A DNA stretch of 49,554 nt, the filler included, from Catajapyx aquilonaris (taxonomy: Eukaryota), in assembly GCA_000934665.2 (NCBI GenBank). It is 2 parts of 2 records of this genome, joined end to end, with 100 filler letters (N's around TTAATTAATTAA, not from the genome) between each part and the next. Parts side by side here need not be neighbours in the genome. Positions count along the whole stretch, not along the records: positions 24,819 to 49,554 come from JYFJ02005475.1; 1 more part is not named here. One strand, 5' to 3'. How positions within the stretch are numbered: the first letter of the stretch is position 1; every line of letters starts with the position of its first letter. Under the pieces are notes generated by a model. That model searched no databases, was not told the DNA's origin, and was given only the letters and a program-made list of their open reading frames with translations. The position numbers were made by a program, and so were the translations under genes. Below, one piece after another: positions 34,812 to 47,344 of the stretch.

Positions 34812-37482
34812 ATATTGCAGAGGTGTTGCGTGAGTTCCAGTGTAAGCTGTGCTTGAAGTTACTTGGTTCTCGAGCAGCTTTGCAGCGCCACATGAAGGAG
34901 GTGCACCAGAAGGATTTGGTGGGCTGCTGTACATGTGATCGTTGTGGGAAAATGTTTCAAAACAAATCCAACCTTAAGATCCATATGCTTACCCACTCAG
35001 GAGTCAAACCATTCAAGTGAGTTGCAGATTCATTTTATGAAGTTGGAGTTACAATTAATGTTTTTAAAATACTAGATGCAATGAGGGTGGTTGCCCAGCA
35101 GCCTTCACCACCAAGCAATGCCTGCAGTTCCACTACAAGAAAGTCCATGGATTCACTGATGACAACATGCCTGGTATCCAGCGCTGTGTGGCCTACACAT
35201 TTGATGCCTACTCAGGGGGGACTGTGGCAGATCCAGGAAGGGGAAAGATTCCTCTCTCTCTGACTCCCAGCTCAACACCACGCCACATGAGTGACGCTGA
35301 AAACAGTGTCAGCAATGCATCACATGATGAGAGCAGCTGTGATCCCTTGGCTTCTGCTCCAGCATCAGCACCTCCAACTGTCCAAGCTCGCACCAAAGCT
35401 GAACTATCTCCAGAGGTGAGTTCAGCTCAATTGAAAATAAAGGGGAAGGGTTTTATACATCCTGTGCAAGCGAGACACAGATGTGATATCTTGAATTTCA
35501 TGTTTATTCAGGACACAACACCTCCTCAGCAACAGTCGCAGTCAAACAGTCTGGATAGCATAATATCCAGTTACACTACCAAAGTAGTGAGTAAAGGCAG
35601 CAAGAAGTGGATGGGAGACCTGGGCCCTTTGCCCCCATCTGCCAATGCTGCTGTCCCAAAAACTTCCCTAGAACGGCTAAAACATGAGGAACCCCTGTCA
35701 CCTCCTCGGAATGAAGATGCTCGTGTTGGAAGCAGCAGGACTTCAAGAGATGTGTATGATTTTAGTGAGAAGGTGACCAATGAAGAGCAAATTTCCCACC
35801 CACGTTTTGAACAACCGAAGCCATTCCGAAGAGGTCCAGAATCAACTGCTAGCCTTTTGGTAGAAGCTGCCCTGGATGCTGCTGAGAAAGATCTAAGTGC
35901 ACATGCTGAATGCCTTGACAAACAGCAAGATGTAGAGCCACCTCCAGCACTCATTTCTAAGCTTCTGCCCCGCCTTCCTATGCTCCATATGCACGACAGT
36001 GGTACTGAGGATCCCCAGCCTCCTCGGCTGAGTCCCATTGTTCAGCATCCAAACCACCCACCACGATTGGGCTTGGACTTTGTTTCCCCCCAGCGCCAGC
36101 ACATGGATGGAGCCTACAGTCTCACAGCTCCCACCCTTCGTCCTGAGCTGGGTGACAGCCTTTCTAGTGATGGTGAGGCTAGTATTCCACCAACTCTTCA
36201 CCCTGAAGGAGGAGGAGGAGGACACACTCCAAAGCAAGGCGAGGGCCCTCTGCCACCACTAGAACTGACAAGTTCTGTGGGCTTGGACATGAGCTACAAA
36301 CCATACAGTCACCACTCAGTTGATCCAGGGATGATGTCAAGTCACATGACCGAACAGGATATGGAAGCAATGAGTTTGTCTCGTCAACAGCAACAAGCAA
36401 TGGATAGTCTGCAACATCACTCTGAGCTGCCACCTCCTCCATCATCAGGGGCACACCCCCGAAGCCTTTCTCCACAAGGCAGCATGAGCCCTCTACCAGA
36501 TCTCCAAGAAGACCTTCGGCATTCTGACTTTCGCTCTCTTCGCCAGCAGGAATCAAGTCGGATGTCCTTTCTTCCCCCTGTGGCCACATCTGAAGCTCTA
36601 CAGGTTACAGTCAGCCATATGGGAGTGGAGTCATTGCGCTCACAGCTCTTATCTGGTGAGCAAGGACTGGACATGACTCGTTCTCCTTTTTCCACTGGAG
36701 GTGGGTATAGCAGGTCTGACTTGAGCCCACACACTCAGCATCAATATCAGGAGGTCCCTCGAAGTACAGCACCATCCCCATTTGATATGGAACGGTCCCC
36801 TGTGCACAGCATGGATCTGAGCCTCAATGCCCGGGCTAGTGCTTACTCCAACCCACCAGATCTTCAACGGTCAGGGTACTCTCATTCAAGTCTTATTCAT
36901 GGAGTTCAGACATTAGACTTGACATCAGGGCGGCACAGCATGGACCTCTCCATCCCACGGTCTCAGCACGATTCTGCACTGGAGCTCGGCCGTGGCATGT
37001 CACCTGTGTCTCCACCAACTCCAGCTGGCACTCCAGTGCACAACCATCAACGATGTGTGTCACCACCATCACAGCTACGAGTAGTCAGCCCCAACACACA
37101 AGTTTTACTTGCTTCTCGGGTGGTCTCACCATTGCCGTCCCACCACCATCACCACCATCACCACCACCATCACCAGTTGCCTCCCTTCAGTTCTGGCAGA
37201 GTCATGACTCCAAGTGCCCAGCCTCTAGTCACCCGAGTCATGTCTCCACTGCCACCACCACCATCATCATTGGATCACATGTCACGAATTGTGTCTCCAC
37301 CAGCCACCAACCACATAATTCCTTCAGGTGGAGTGAACCAGGGCAGAGATGGGGGCCGTGTCATGTCTCCTCCCACCTACCAGAACTATCCTGTTTGCCC
37401 TTCACCCTATCACCTATCCCGTACTGCCCATATCACTTCTCAGCCACCCTCTACCTACCACCACTACTCTGGATATTACTGA
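34812..37482 (+). CDS. C2H2 zinc-finger transcription factor, 3' coding exons (three fingers plus long Pro/Ser/His-rich tail); 5' end not resolved
   Basis: Exons 34812-35016, 35076-35415 and 35512-37482. Fingers: FQCKLCLKLLGSRAALQRHMKEVH, CTCDRCGKMFQNKSNLKIHMLTH, a SGVKPF linker, and CNEGGCPAAFTTKQCLQFHYKKVH. The 59-nt intron 35017-35075 joins fingers 2 and 3 in frame. A 96-nt GT..AG intron (35416-35511) lies inside the 771-aa ORF of the track. Ends ...YHHYSGYY*. Confidence 0.9.
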
Positions 37483-38397
37483 GGTGCCTACAGGCTTAAG
37501 ACTAAGTTCAGGCCTGTGTCAATACAGAGTGAGTACTGAGTAATCCACTGGTGCATTCTGCCAGACATATCTCCTCACCTGCATTCCAAGGATTACCTAG
37601 TCTCAGATACAGCAGCTGTTGTGGATATCAGTCATTGGTTGTCTGGACCCTACAGTATGTACATTGAAAAAGATGATCTTCCTCATTTTCTCCCACAAAA
37701 GTATGTACATTCAATGCATGGGTAGATCTCACAACTTCATTTTATTTTAGGAATGGTGTTAATATTGTATTCCAGCGAAAGTGTTTGTCTTGCTCATTTA
37801 TTCATCAGTAGGCCTACATTTTATTCATGAACCAGTGAGCAGATTACAGTAATCATTGTCTGATTTGGTATTACCTGCAGCCAGTTATTTGAGAGGTGGA
37901 ATCTGTTATGACATTCAGCTGTTGGTTAATTATTATCAGTTGAAAACACTGATAAAATATCAAAATAATATTTGAGGATCTCGGTGTTCAACAAAGTTAT
38001 TTAAATGGTTTATCATAATTCAGCTGACTCTGTGGATGAGTATGTTTCTCTGAACTGCAATGCAAAACAATCCTAGTCTGAAAATTTGTTTTTAAATTCA
38101 CAACATTGAGAGTGCTGAACTACATATGATGATAAATGCCAATGCCATTCAGGGCAGCAAAATAATGTAGCAGTTAAGCCACTACCCTTCTGCTGTTGAC
38201 GTATGGAGTTCAATTCCCAAATTGAGTGTGTGATGGAAGATGATAGAGTTTCAATAGGTTCTTTCTATGCTTGTGTAGGTTTTCTTGGGTTTCTGCCACT
38301 CTCGAAACCCAGCATAACCCAGGTATGATGGAGTTGGGGATATCAAAGATTCTCTGAGGTGCCACAAGCTTATTCTGTCATCATGATGATGATAATA

Positions 38398-38430
<33 letters not shown>

Positions 38431-38446
38431 ATTGTTATTGTTATTA

Positions 38447-38511
<65 letters not shown>

Positions 38512-38625
38512 CATAAGTTAATTGTAAATCTTTATAATAGTACATGGATCAAAATGATGACCATGAAGCTTAGAGTAGGTACCAGTACATTGTAAGTACT
38601 GTCTGGTAGCAATTCCTTGTTCTAT

Positions 38626-38675
<50 letters not shown>
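38398..38675. repeat. Compound (GTT)n(ATT)n microsatellite (about 38398-38510) and (ATTT)n tract (about 38623-38675)
   Basis: Direct reading; source of the poly-V/I/N ORFs in the track. Confidence 0.95.
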
Positions 38676-38676
<1 letters not shown>

Positions 38677-38989
38677 CAATATCAAGTCATTAGTCACAGG
38701 CATAAGTAGCCAATCTCCCAAATGTTGGTGGCACATGACAGTAGCCCTTCCTGGTTTTGATTGTCAGAGGTGGGTCATGTGTGCAGGCAGCCCTATATTC
38801 CAAAGGATCTTTTCTTCATGCAGTATCTTCATTGATAGCTACTGACATACTCACATAATATTCATGCTTTTTATCAGATTCATGTTATAAATATGTTATT
38901 GTTGTTGTTATTGTCATTTTTACTAGTACCATTAATATTGTTATAATTATCATTATTATTATCATTATTAAAGTACTGATGAACATTTA

Positions 38990-39090
38990 GGGCCAGTTGC
39001 ACCGGCCTCAGTATAACTTAGAACCTCGGGTATAACAAGAATTGTTATACCCGAGGTTCTAAGTTATACTGAGGCCGGTGCAACTGGCCC
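38990..39090. mobile_element. Tourist-like (PIF/Harbinger) MITE forming a perfect 101-bp palindrome
   Basis: Perfect 49-bp arms (38990-39038 and 39042-39090), GAA loop, TTA TSD on both sides. Confidence 0.93.
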
Positions 39091-41456
39091 TTAGCTGGAA
39101 TGAAAAATGGAACTTTGAACTTAAAACACCTGAGGTAGCTTACAGTACTCCTTGGGAAAAGTAAGTGATAACATGTCTGAAATATTAGAAGTGAAAGCAC
39201 ATTGGAGTAAGTTATGTCTCCAAAGTCCACTCTATCCATTATCTCATAATGAGCAGGGAATTATTATTAGTTCCTTTCTGTCATTGCATTTGGTGAAATA
39301 TGTACATCACAGCTAAAGCTGAATTACTTAAGAGTGAGAGGTTTTTATCCTGAGCTCCTCATGTATAGCTCCTGAATATTATGACATTATGTATTATCTG
39401 GGACAAATCCATATGTGAATTCAGGTTATAACTGTAAGAGTAAGAAGGGCCCATCCGACCATCAAGTACTGGTAACGGGTGGTCCAAGATTAACTCCCAC
39501 ATTATCATAAATTTACTGTTAAAAATATTAAAAGGGTCAGTTTTAAACACTCTCAACCTTCACAATTTTTCAGAGGAAAGGCAACAAAGTTATTGCTTTT
39601 CATAATTGTGGAATGTTCCATTGCATGCAAAAAGAGAGAGATGACACGTTGCAGGGTTGGTTTGGTTTATTGAAGGAGTGTATGCAACTAAGACAGCAAA
39701 GTGTTATGTTACATACTGCACTGTGGCATCTACTATTGATATCTCCTGGCATTCCAGGGCTCGCACATTCTTCATGACCAGCCATCTCCATCATTTGGCT
39801 CATGACAGTATTGGTCAGTAAAGTCAATGAAGCATGTAGTGCTCACATTGATGTCATTTGACAATGTTACAAGATCCATTGGTTATTCCTTGGTAGCTGC
39901 TTATTAATTTATGATTTAAAGGTTGTTGCTGCAAAAGCTGATCCCAGCTTACTAAGAATGACTTCAAAGTCATGCAAACTTGTGTCGTGATATAGATAAT
40001 TTGAATACTGATCTATATTAATGTGATTATGAATCTAATTCTTTCTAGGCAATATTATGATGAGATTGGTCACTAATGATTATATTATGTTGTGGGATGT
40101 TAATCTTGGAGGCATGATCGTTTATACAATGCATCAGTTTGACCCCTAATGAATGTACTGTACCAAAGTACATTGCTTGTGGTAGGACATATGATCTGGA
40201 GAGACTCTGTGTTGTTAACAATACTGTATATCTATTGTATTGGCAGTAATGGGCCCAGAGTGGGATGTGTAGTAATGTCATATTTGGTTTGCAACAGGCC
40301 CGTAGCATGGTGTCAGATCCTCAGTTAATAGAATGATTGTATACTTCAATTTGTGAAATTCATGTCATGGACTGAACTTTCTATTGCACCATGGCACTGA
40401 CTGTGAGAGAAAATTGCACTTAAGTAAAATGGCCAAATGGAGTGGTAGGGAAAGCAATGCTGCATGCTGAAGTCATACTTTTGTTTTGTAATCCTGCATA
40501 ATTATATGCAATATCTTTATATTTCCCTCGTCATTTGGCTGCTGTAATATTACAGATGGGAAATTGTGTACAATATAATACTCACTTTAAAATCAGGTTC
40601 TACAGTGTGCAAAGTGACCAAGCAACTGTTTCATTTTCACATGTAGTGTAAATCAACGTATGACTTGCAGTATATAGTTTTATAAATTTGAAAGAAGAAA
40701 AAAGTAGATATAAACTTACGTGTGACATTCAGTTGCTCACATGAAAAATCTGTTCTCATTTTTCTACATATTTCAATTTTTTTTCAATATTCCTAGCCTA
40801 ACACATTAGTCCTTGAATATCTCATACAACAATAATGAAAACACAATATATCATACAGGGTCACAAGCAGTTACAAGATTCCACAATCAAATATGTATAT
40901 AATGAGTTTATTATTCTATTGGTAAGTATCATTTAATATGTGGTTGTATAAATGTGATCAATTAATTTTATTAATAGATGCCCAGTAAGGTAAATGCTCT
41001 GACAACCTTGATCAGAACAGCTCCACATTTCCTTTCTTATCAACTACTGAATGTAATTATTATTTCGATTAACATTTAATTGGTTCAGTATATTATATGG
41101 GTTCTCATATGAATCAATCTGTTTTTAATTCTCAGTGAACTCTAGAAGGTATATTATTGAGGTGCAGTGGGCCATGGACACTATTAGTCACAGGGGCATT
41201 CTTGCTTACAAGTTAGCAAATCAGCTCTTTACTTGTCTTTAGAAAGGAGCTGGTATGGTGATGTTCTAATAAGAGTACACATGTTCTGTTTTGGAAATTT
41301 CATGTGCACTGTACTATGTACAGTATGATGATATTGTTGAGGTTCTTGTTCATACCAGCAACATTGACAGCCTGGCAGAAAGCAGCTGGTAACATCCTAG
41401 ATCTACAATGTGGATCTTGGGTAACATCTAGTTATGCACATTTTGATGAGTAGGCC

Positions 41457-41609
41457 TACATTAATGGAAAAAACGGCCTCATACCTCCAGAGTCACAAGC
41501 TGCCAGGCAAGCAGCATGGGTGGAAGCGTGCATGAATCAACTCATGCCTTGCTTACCTGGCTGCTTGGTGCTGATTAGGGGTACTACAAGGTTATTTTTT
41601 CCAGTAGTG
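41457..41609. mobile_element. Degenerate palindromic MITE
   Basis: TACATTAATGGAAAAAA / TTTTTTCCAGTAGTGTA ends and inner arms CAAGCTGCCAGGCAAGCA / TGCTTACCTGGCTGCTTG. Confidence 0.55.
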
Positions 41610-42003
41610 TACAGTATGTGGAAATAACAGATCTTATCACCTTTCTGCTTACATCATCTGCAACTTTATGCCTTTGTCCCTTCGTAAACATGACAGGGTG
41701 TCAGATGCATATAACCTATAGGATTCTGGTAAATGTACCATAAATTATATTCTGAAATTTGTGTGTTGAACAATCATTATTGGCATTATTGGACTCATTA
41801 TCTCTTCTATTGAAATTTTCTGTCATCCTGAGTGGAAGAGTTATTATCAATATGGGATTAATGGTTTTATGTTTCTGGAATTAGTTCAAGTGATTATTAT
41901 TATTATTGTCAAGCAGAAAATGAACCATTTTATACAAGTAATTTTTGCATAGCCAGCAGTTGTGCTGTACCATAATAAATTACTAGTATGGTAGATGATG
42001 ATG

Positions 42004-42086
<83 letters not shown>

Positions 42087-42087
42087 C
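42004..42087. repeat. (ATT)n microsatellite
   Basis: Direct reading. Confidence 0.97.
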
Positions 42088-43127
42088 AGTTTATCTGGTG
42101 CGATGATTCGAACTTGATTTCATTACAAGGGAGAGATGTGATTGGAATGAGACAACTAGATCTGTCATATGGAACTATTGAAAAATAAGATAAGAAGGCC
42201 ACCTGGATTATCGATCAAGTACAACTGAAGGGAAAGGGGCTCCAACAAATTTTTGTTTCATCTGATTAAGAACAATATTGGTCGATGTGGGAGCAAAACA
42301 TCAGAGTGGGCTTGGTGTGTGTGGCTGGAGGGTGTTGTATTAAAGGCTGGTTTCACATGTCAGCCTCCAATCAATCAATGGACAGGTTCAATCCAAGTGT
42401 ACAGTACTGCAGAATTACAGAATATCATTCTTATCATAGCCTTTTTATTCTTAGATGTACTCTATCAATTCATTCCAAAAGTAAGGAGCAATAATATCTC
42501 CCAAAAATCAACATAGTCATATGGGAGAACAGATTTTTAGCTATACCACTTGCCACAAACATGTTGAAACACTTTTGAGCTGTGATACAGTACCATATTT
42601 TGCAAGCTTGTGTCGACCACTTTCGCCGCCAAAATCCTATATTTCTGTCTCTTGGTCACTCGAGGTTCTCACCGGACAAAATTTTTTGGAAGCTGTTAAA
42701 CATGTTAAAGTCACTCGAATTAAGGGTGACACCATGGTCCTGTCTATTTCTGAGCGTACCGGTACTCAAAACCCTTCGACTTGTTCCGTTGGAGAAAGAC
42801 ACACAAGAGTCCTGACTTCACACAGCAATCCTGGCACTGGCATTACTCAAAGTCACTAACAATTCAACGGGTGTAGCTTTCAGCATTGAGATCATGGTCC
42901 AGACCTTGCACCGAATAACCTTGACAAGTTTCGTCAGTCACAAAAAATTTTGACAGGCGAGAATAGCAGTAGCGTCAAAGATTATCAAGGAATAAGGTTG
43001 GTGACATACTCGTAGGCTTGCAAAACCACTGCCCTTAAAATGCTTGTATTGGTATGATGTTTGTGTCAAGGAGTAATAGATAAATATCTGTGAGGTCATA
43101 TGTTTATGTTGGTTTTTAGAAGAAATG

Positions 43128-43210
<83 letters not shown>
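43128..43210. repeat. (ATT)n microsatellite
   Basis: Direct reading. Confidence 0.97.
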
Positions 43211-46200
43211 GGTCAAGCAGTCCTGATTGTGAGATGTGGTTAATACTTGTATACTGTGTGTTTTGAAGCGTTTGGGATTCTTTGAAAAGTTTGTGTACTT
43301 TTATTGCAGTCTCCTTTTTCCCTTGCATAAAAAGATATAGCCTAAATCAATTCAAACTCGCCATTCACTTGCTAATGTGAAATGAGTAAAGCCCGCCCAT
43401 AATAATGTGTATGTAACGAAAACGTATTTATCTTCTCTCTGTCAAAAATTACATATTAGACCCTGTCTGGGACGTGGCCAATAGACCATTGTGTCAACAC
43501 AAATTAAGTGAAGATCACCGATTGTTATATATATTTATTAGGCTATGGATACTACATAATATTTGACATTTCGCCTTAATTTGCGTTATTGCAATAGGAC
43601 CTTATTAAATCATTAACCACTCATAGTTGCAATGTTATGATTTTACGGTCATTTTAATCTGCTGCAAAATGATATAATCTCGTTGTTTGTTGAAATGTAC
43701 AGTACTACAGGCCCATGGGAACTTTATAACCATCCATCTGCAATGGGGTATACGGGGACACGATGGCCACGGTCCCAACAAATTTTTTGTTTCCTGAACT
43801 TATTCTTAATCATGACCGCGTGCAGTTAACTAGCTCACTATCATATGAAGGAATTTTGTAATATCGCACCCTGAAATGTTGCTAAACGAGGGAAATAAAT
43901 TATTCATACTAGTCAAATAATGTCTGGAAAGGTCAATAGTGACTGAGTTTTTCATCGAACTTTGTCGGCCTTTTGAAATAACGTTGGTTAGTTTTTTTCT
44001 TGCCAATTTTCCATTGCCTCGGAACTTGTTTATACTGATTTAAACTGCAGTTGATGTAGAACATAATATTGTCACGGGAACAGCAGTCTTCCTGATGCTT
44101 TTTACTCTTGGGTTGACCCGTGTTAATAATATTGAAATAGTCCTTTTTCTGGCTGCAAAGAATATTTTCTAACGGAATCCACGTGTCTGGCGATACTGTC
44201 TTGTTATTCAGGTGTAAAACATGCAGGCAATCAGTGATTGTGAAGTTGTCAAAATGTTGGTGTGAATGCGTCAATGTGGCTGTGCCTATTGACATAGCAG
44301 ATGAGTAAGAATTGTCAACCACTTGTTCTCTGCCATAGAGCTTTATGTCGGATATTTCCTCAACATCGCAGTTTGGTCTGAATGAAACCTGTCGGTGCAA
44401 AAAGACTGTCGTATAATGTAATAGATTTGGTCCTGAACTGTAGAGTCAGTAGGGCTTTAGGTAGGCTCCTGACATACACGTCTAGTCAGTGTTTCTTGTC
44501 ACGACTGTAATCCGAGGGCGTCGGTGGAAGTCATTTCATATGGACGCCATAATTTCGTACTCTGGCTTACACGTAAGCAAACTATGCTGATGGTTTTCAG
44601 TGTTTTGTAACCCCTCCGTAATTTTTTCATCTGTTGGGAGACTCATTTTTAGAACAAAAAGGTGTTCCGTGTCCAAGATTTTTATTCTAGCATCTTTTTC
44701 CGCAAGTACAGTGTTTCTTCTTCATAGTGCCAAATTTAGTTTTATATCACCCATTTTATACCGTTTCGATGAAAAAATGAGCAAATACGCAAAAAATTCA
44801 ACAGTAATTATTATGTTACCCATAGCAGATCCACCGATGGTGATGATATACCTGCACCGTGGAAAAATGTAACCAAAACGATAAGCCTTTTTTCAGGAAG
44901 TAGAGTTAACACAAATTTTATTTTGAGTTGTGCCCTGTATCAAATTACTCCCTCTGTGAATCCACAATGAGAAAGCCAAATTACTTTTCCGTGTACATGG
45001 TATGTGCACGGGGTGATACCGGGACTGTAGATATTTCTGATATTTATACTCGGATTTTGATCCATCTCCGAAATATTCCTGATAACACCCCTCCCCCCCC
45101 CTCCTCCCCCCAGCATGCGCCAAAGGAAGGGTACAAAATCGACTTTCGGTATTGTGTACATAGTTGTTTACACCCTTGGACCTGCTGTCATTGGTCGAGG
45201 ATCGTCATTTATCGGTAATTAAATTAATTGATGTCTTAATTAGTACTTGTCCTGGCAAACTGAGAACAACCTGGAGTTTGTACAGTGTCTTGCGCTTGCC
45301 AATGCTGCAGCAGCAATGATGGTGATTAATAATTATTATTGGATCAACCGGTCAATGTAGAAGGTGTTTCATTTCTTCGCCACTGCCGAGTTGACTTTAT
45401 TTCAAAGAGGAAGTCGCGTTAGAATTAATCGGATTTATATTCACTTTTTATTCGAATGCGTGTTTCAGAGCGTTAACGTATTTACCATGTAGCATGATTG
45501 TTGACTATTCCTTATAATGATCAGCTAGACAACTTTTACAACATTATTGCTAGTGTTTTGTGAATTATTTTTTCACGAAAATTGCAGTTGCATTGTATAT
45601 GCATTTAAGTATATTGATACTGTAGAAATGGACGGGCATTATAATGACGAACAGTGTGCAAGTTGAAAAATTGAAAAATTGAAATTTAAGAAAACTGCCC
45701 TTTAAATTATTGTTCTAGGTCCATTTAGGGTCGCGTCAAAAAGAAATCCAGTTACTACCACACCAAATATTAAAATTTTGGAATAGAGCCAGGGAAATGC
45801 GCAAAGAGAAATTTAAATCCTTCCACTACACTATAACAAATGTAGTACATGTCTTCGATTTTCTTGTACCCTATTCCATAGTGCAATGTTGTAGGATTAT
45901 TAGATCATAATTATTGTTCATAAAATAATCCATGCAATTTGAGCAGTGGATCATGCATGTTTCTATACTGTAACTTTTGATGTGATAATCCGCATTTGAT
46001 GTTATCTTCCTGCTGTTGTATATTTTTTGTCAATGAGATTATCCTACTGTAGGTGCTATAGTATATCCAAATAAAACACTGTATTTCTTGTTTACACGGT
46101 GCTTTATTATTTCATGCCAGCCAACTTCTGGGATAAAATGAGGCCGACGTGTGAAGCTTACAGCCTTCTAAAGGTCTAGTGTCCATTGCGCATCCTGCGC

Positions 46201-46553
46201 TCACAGAGTAAACCTGTGTTCGAAAAGAGAATCCCTAATTTGGAAAGTGTTGACAAGTGCAAGTGGTGTTGTCTGCTGCTATATATTATCTGCCCGACGC
46301 TCCTCTTCCTCCCGGAAGTTCGTTCCAGAAATTGACAAGTGAGCTCTTAAATAATTCCGTTTAAAGCGGCTGAGTATGTAGGTCGTTGCAATAGAGGAAT
46401 ATCTAAGGGAAAGAAGGGGAATCATTACATTTTTATACCAGAGCTGCCTGTCTGACATCTTGCAGAAATCGATATCGCATAAAAAAACCCGAGGGTGTCG
46501 ACATTTCAAGTCATAAATACAGGTGCGGTCAGGTTTTGACTATCACAAGTGCT

Positions 46554-47344
46554 ATGGGCAGGAATCTGTGTACATTAGTCCTGTTCTTGGAAATCACAGC
46601 AGTGCTTGGGTCAGGATGGTACTGGCCGGTACCGACCACTACAACACCTCCCACCTCAACTACCACCACCACTCATCCTCACCATCCTCACCCCTTTCCA
46701 TATCCACACCCACCCATCTGGTACTGGCCTTTTCCACCAGGATGGCATCCACCACCTCCACCTGCCACAACTGCTACCACCACTAGGCCAACCACTACCA
46801 CTAGCAGACCACCGACAGTCATCTGGTGGTGGCCACCGCATGGTTACTATCCACCGTTTCCCTACCCACATCCGCCACCACCGCCTCCTCCTACCACCGC
46901 AACTACAACTACCACCACCACAAGACCTACCCCTCCGCATTATCCCTACCCTTTATACCCATGGCCCTACGCGGGTCAGTATGTTCAACCACCAACAACC
47001 ACTCGGCCTCCTGCCAACTGCACTTGTGTTCCTTATTACCAGTGCGATGAGTCTCAAGTTGTTACGAGTGGTAAGTTCAAAGACAATCGACGTATAAAGG
47101 AACTCTGATAGTCCGCGATAGGGCTGCACATTTAGGTATTACGCTTTCAGGGCCAGTGATTGACATTCGGCATCCCCATGGTTGCTCTTCGGCTTTGGAA
47201 GTCTGCTGCAGGTCGCCCAGACCCACGCCCTCGACCACCACGGCCAGACCTACACCTAGTGTCCCTACGGCCTTCCCTGGATATCAACCGCAATGCGGAC
47301 GAAGGAATCCCAACGGTGTCCATTCACGGATCCTAGGATTCCAG
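46554..47344 (+). CDS. Secreted CLIP-domain serine-protease homologue (masquerade/prophenoloxidase-activating factor 2-like), exons 1-2; continues beyond the visible exons
   Basis: Exon 46554-47070 (signal peptide MGRNLCTLVLFLEITAVLG, donor G|GTAAGT) and exon 47151-47344 (donor CAG|GTGTGT). The spliced clip domain CTCVPYYQC...VIDIR...CSSALEVCC has 6 Cys and is followed by CGRRNPNGVHSRILGF, the typical linker into the protease-like domain of PPAF-II/CLIPA proteins. No protease-domain exon was recognised in the window. Confidence 0.88.

Noticed and set aside
35167..37482. 771-aa ORF as a stand-alone intronless gene
   Set aside because: Its ATG is internal to an exon that splices to upstream zinc-finger exons, and it contains a 96-nt intron.
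38251..38595. Poly-N/V/I/Y ORFs here and at 1790, 41988 and 42938
   Set aside because: Translations of trinucleotide microsatellites.
46226..46235. kappaB-like site (GGGATTCTCT on the minus strand) upstream of the CLIP gene
   Set aside because: Plausible for an immune gene, but a single degenerate 10-mer is expected by chance in 50 kb; not supportable alone.
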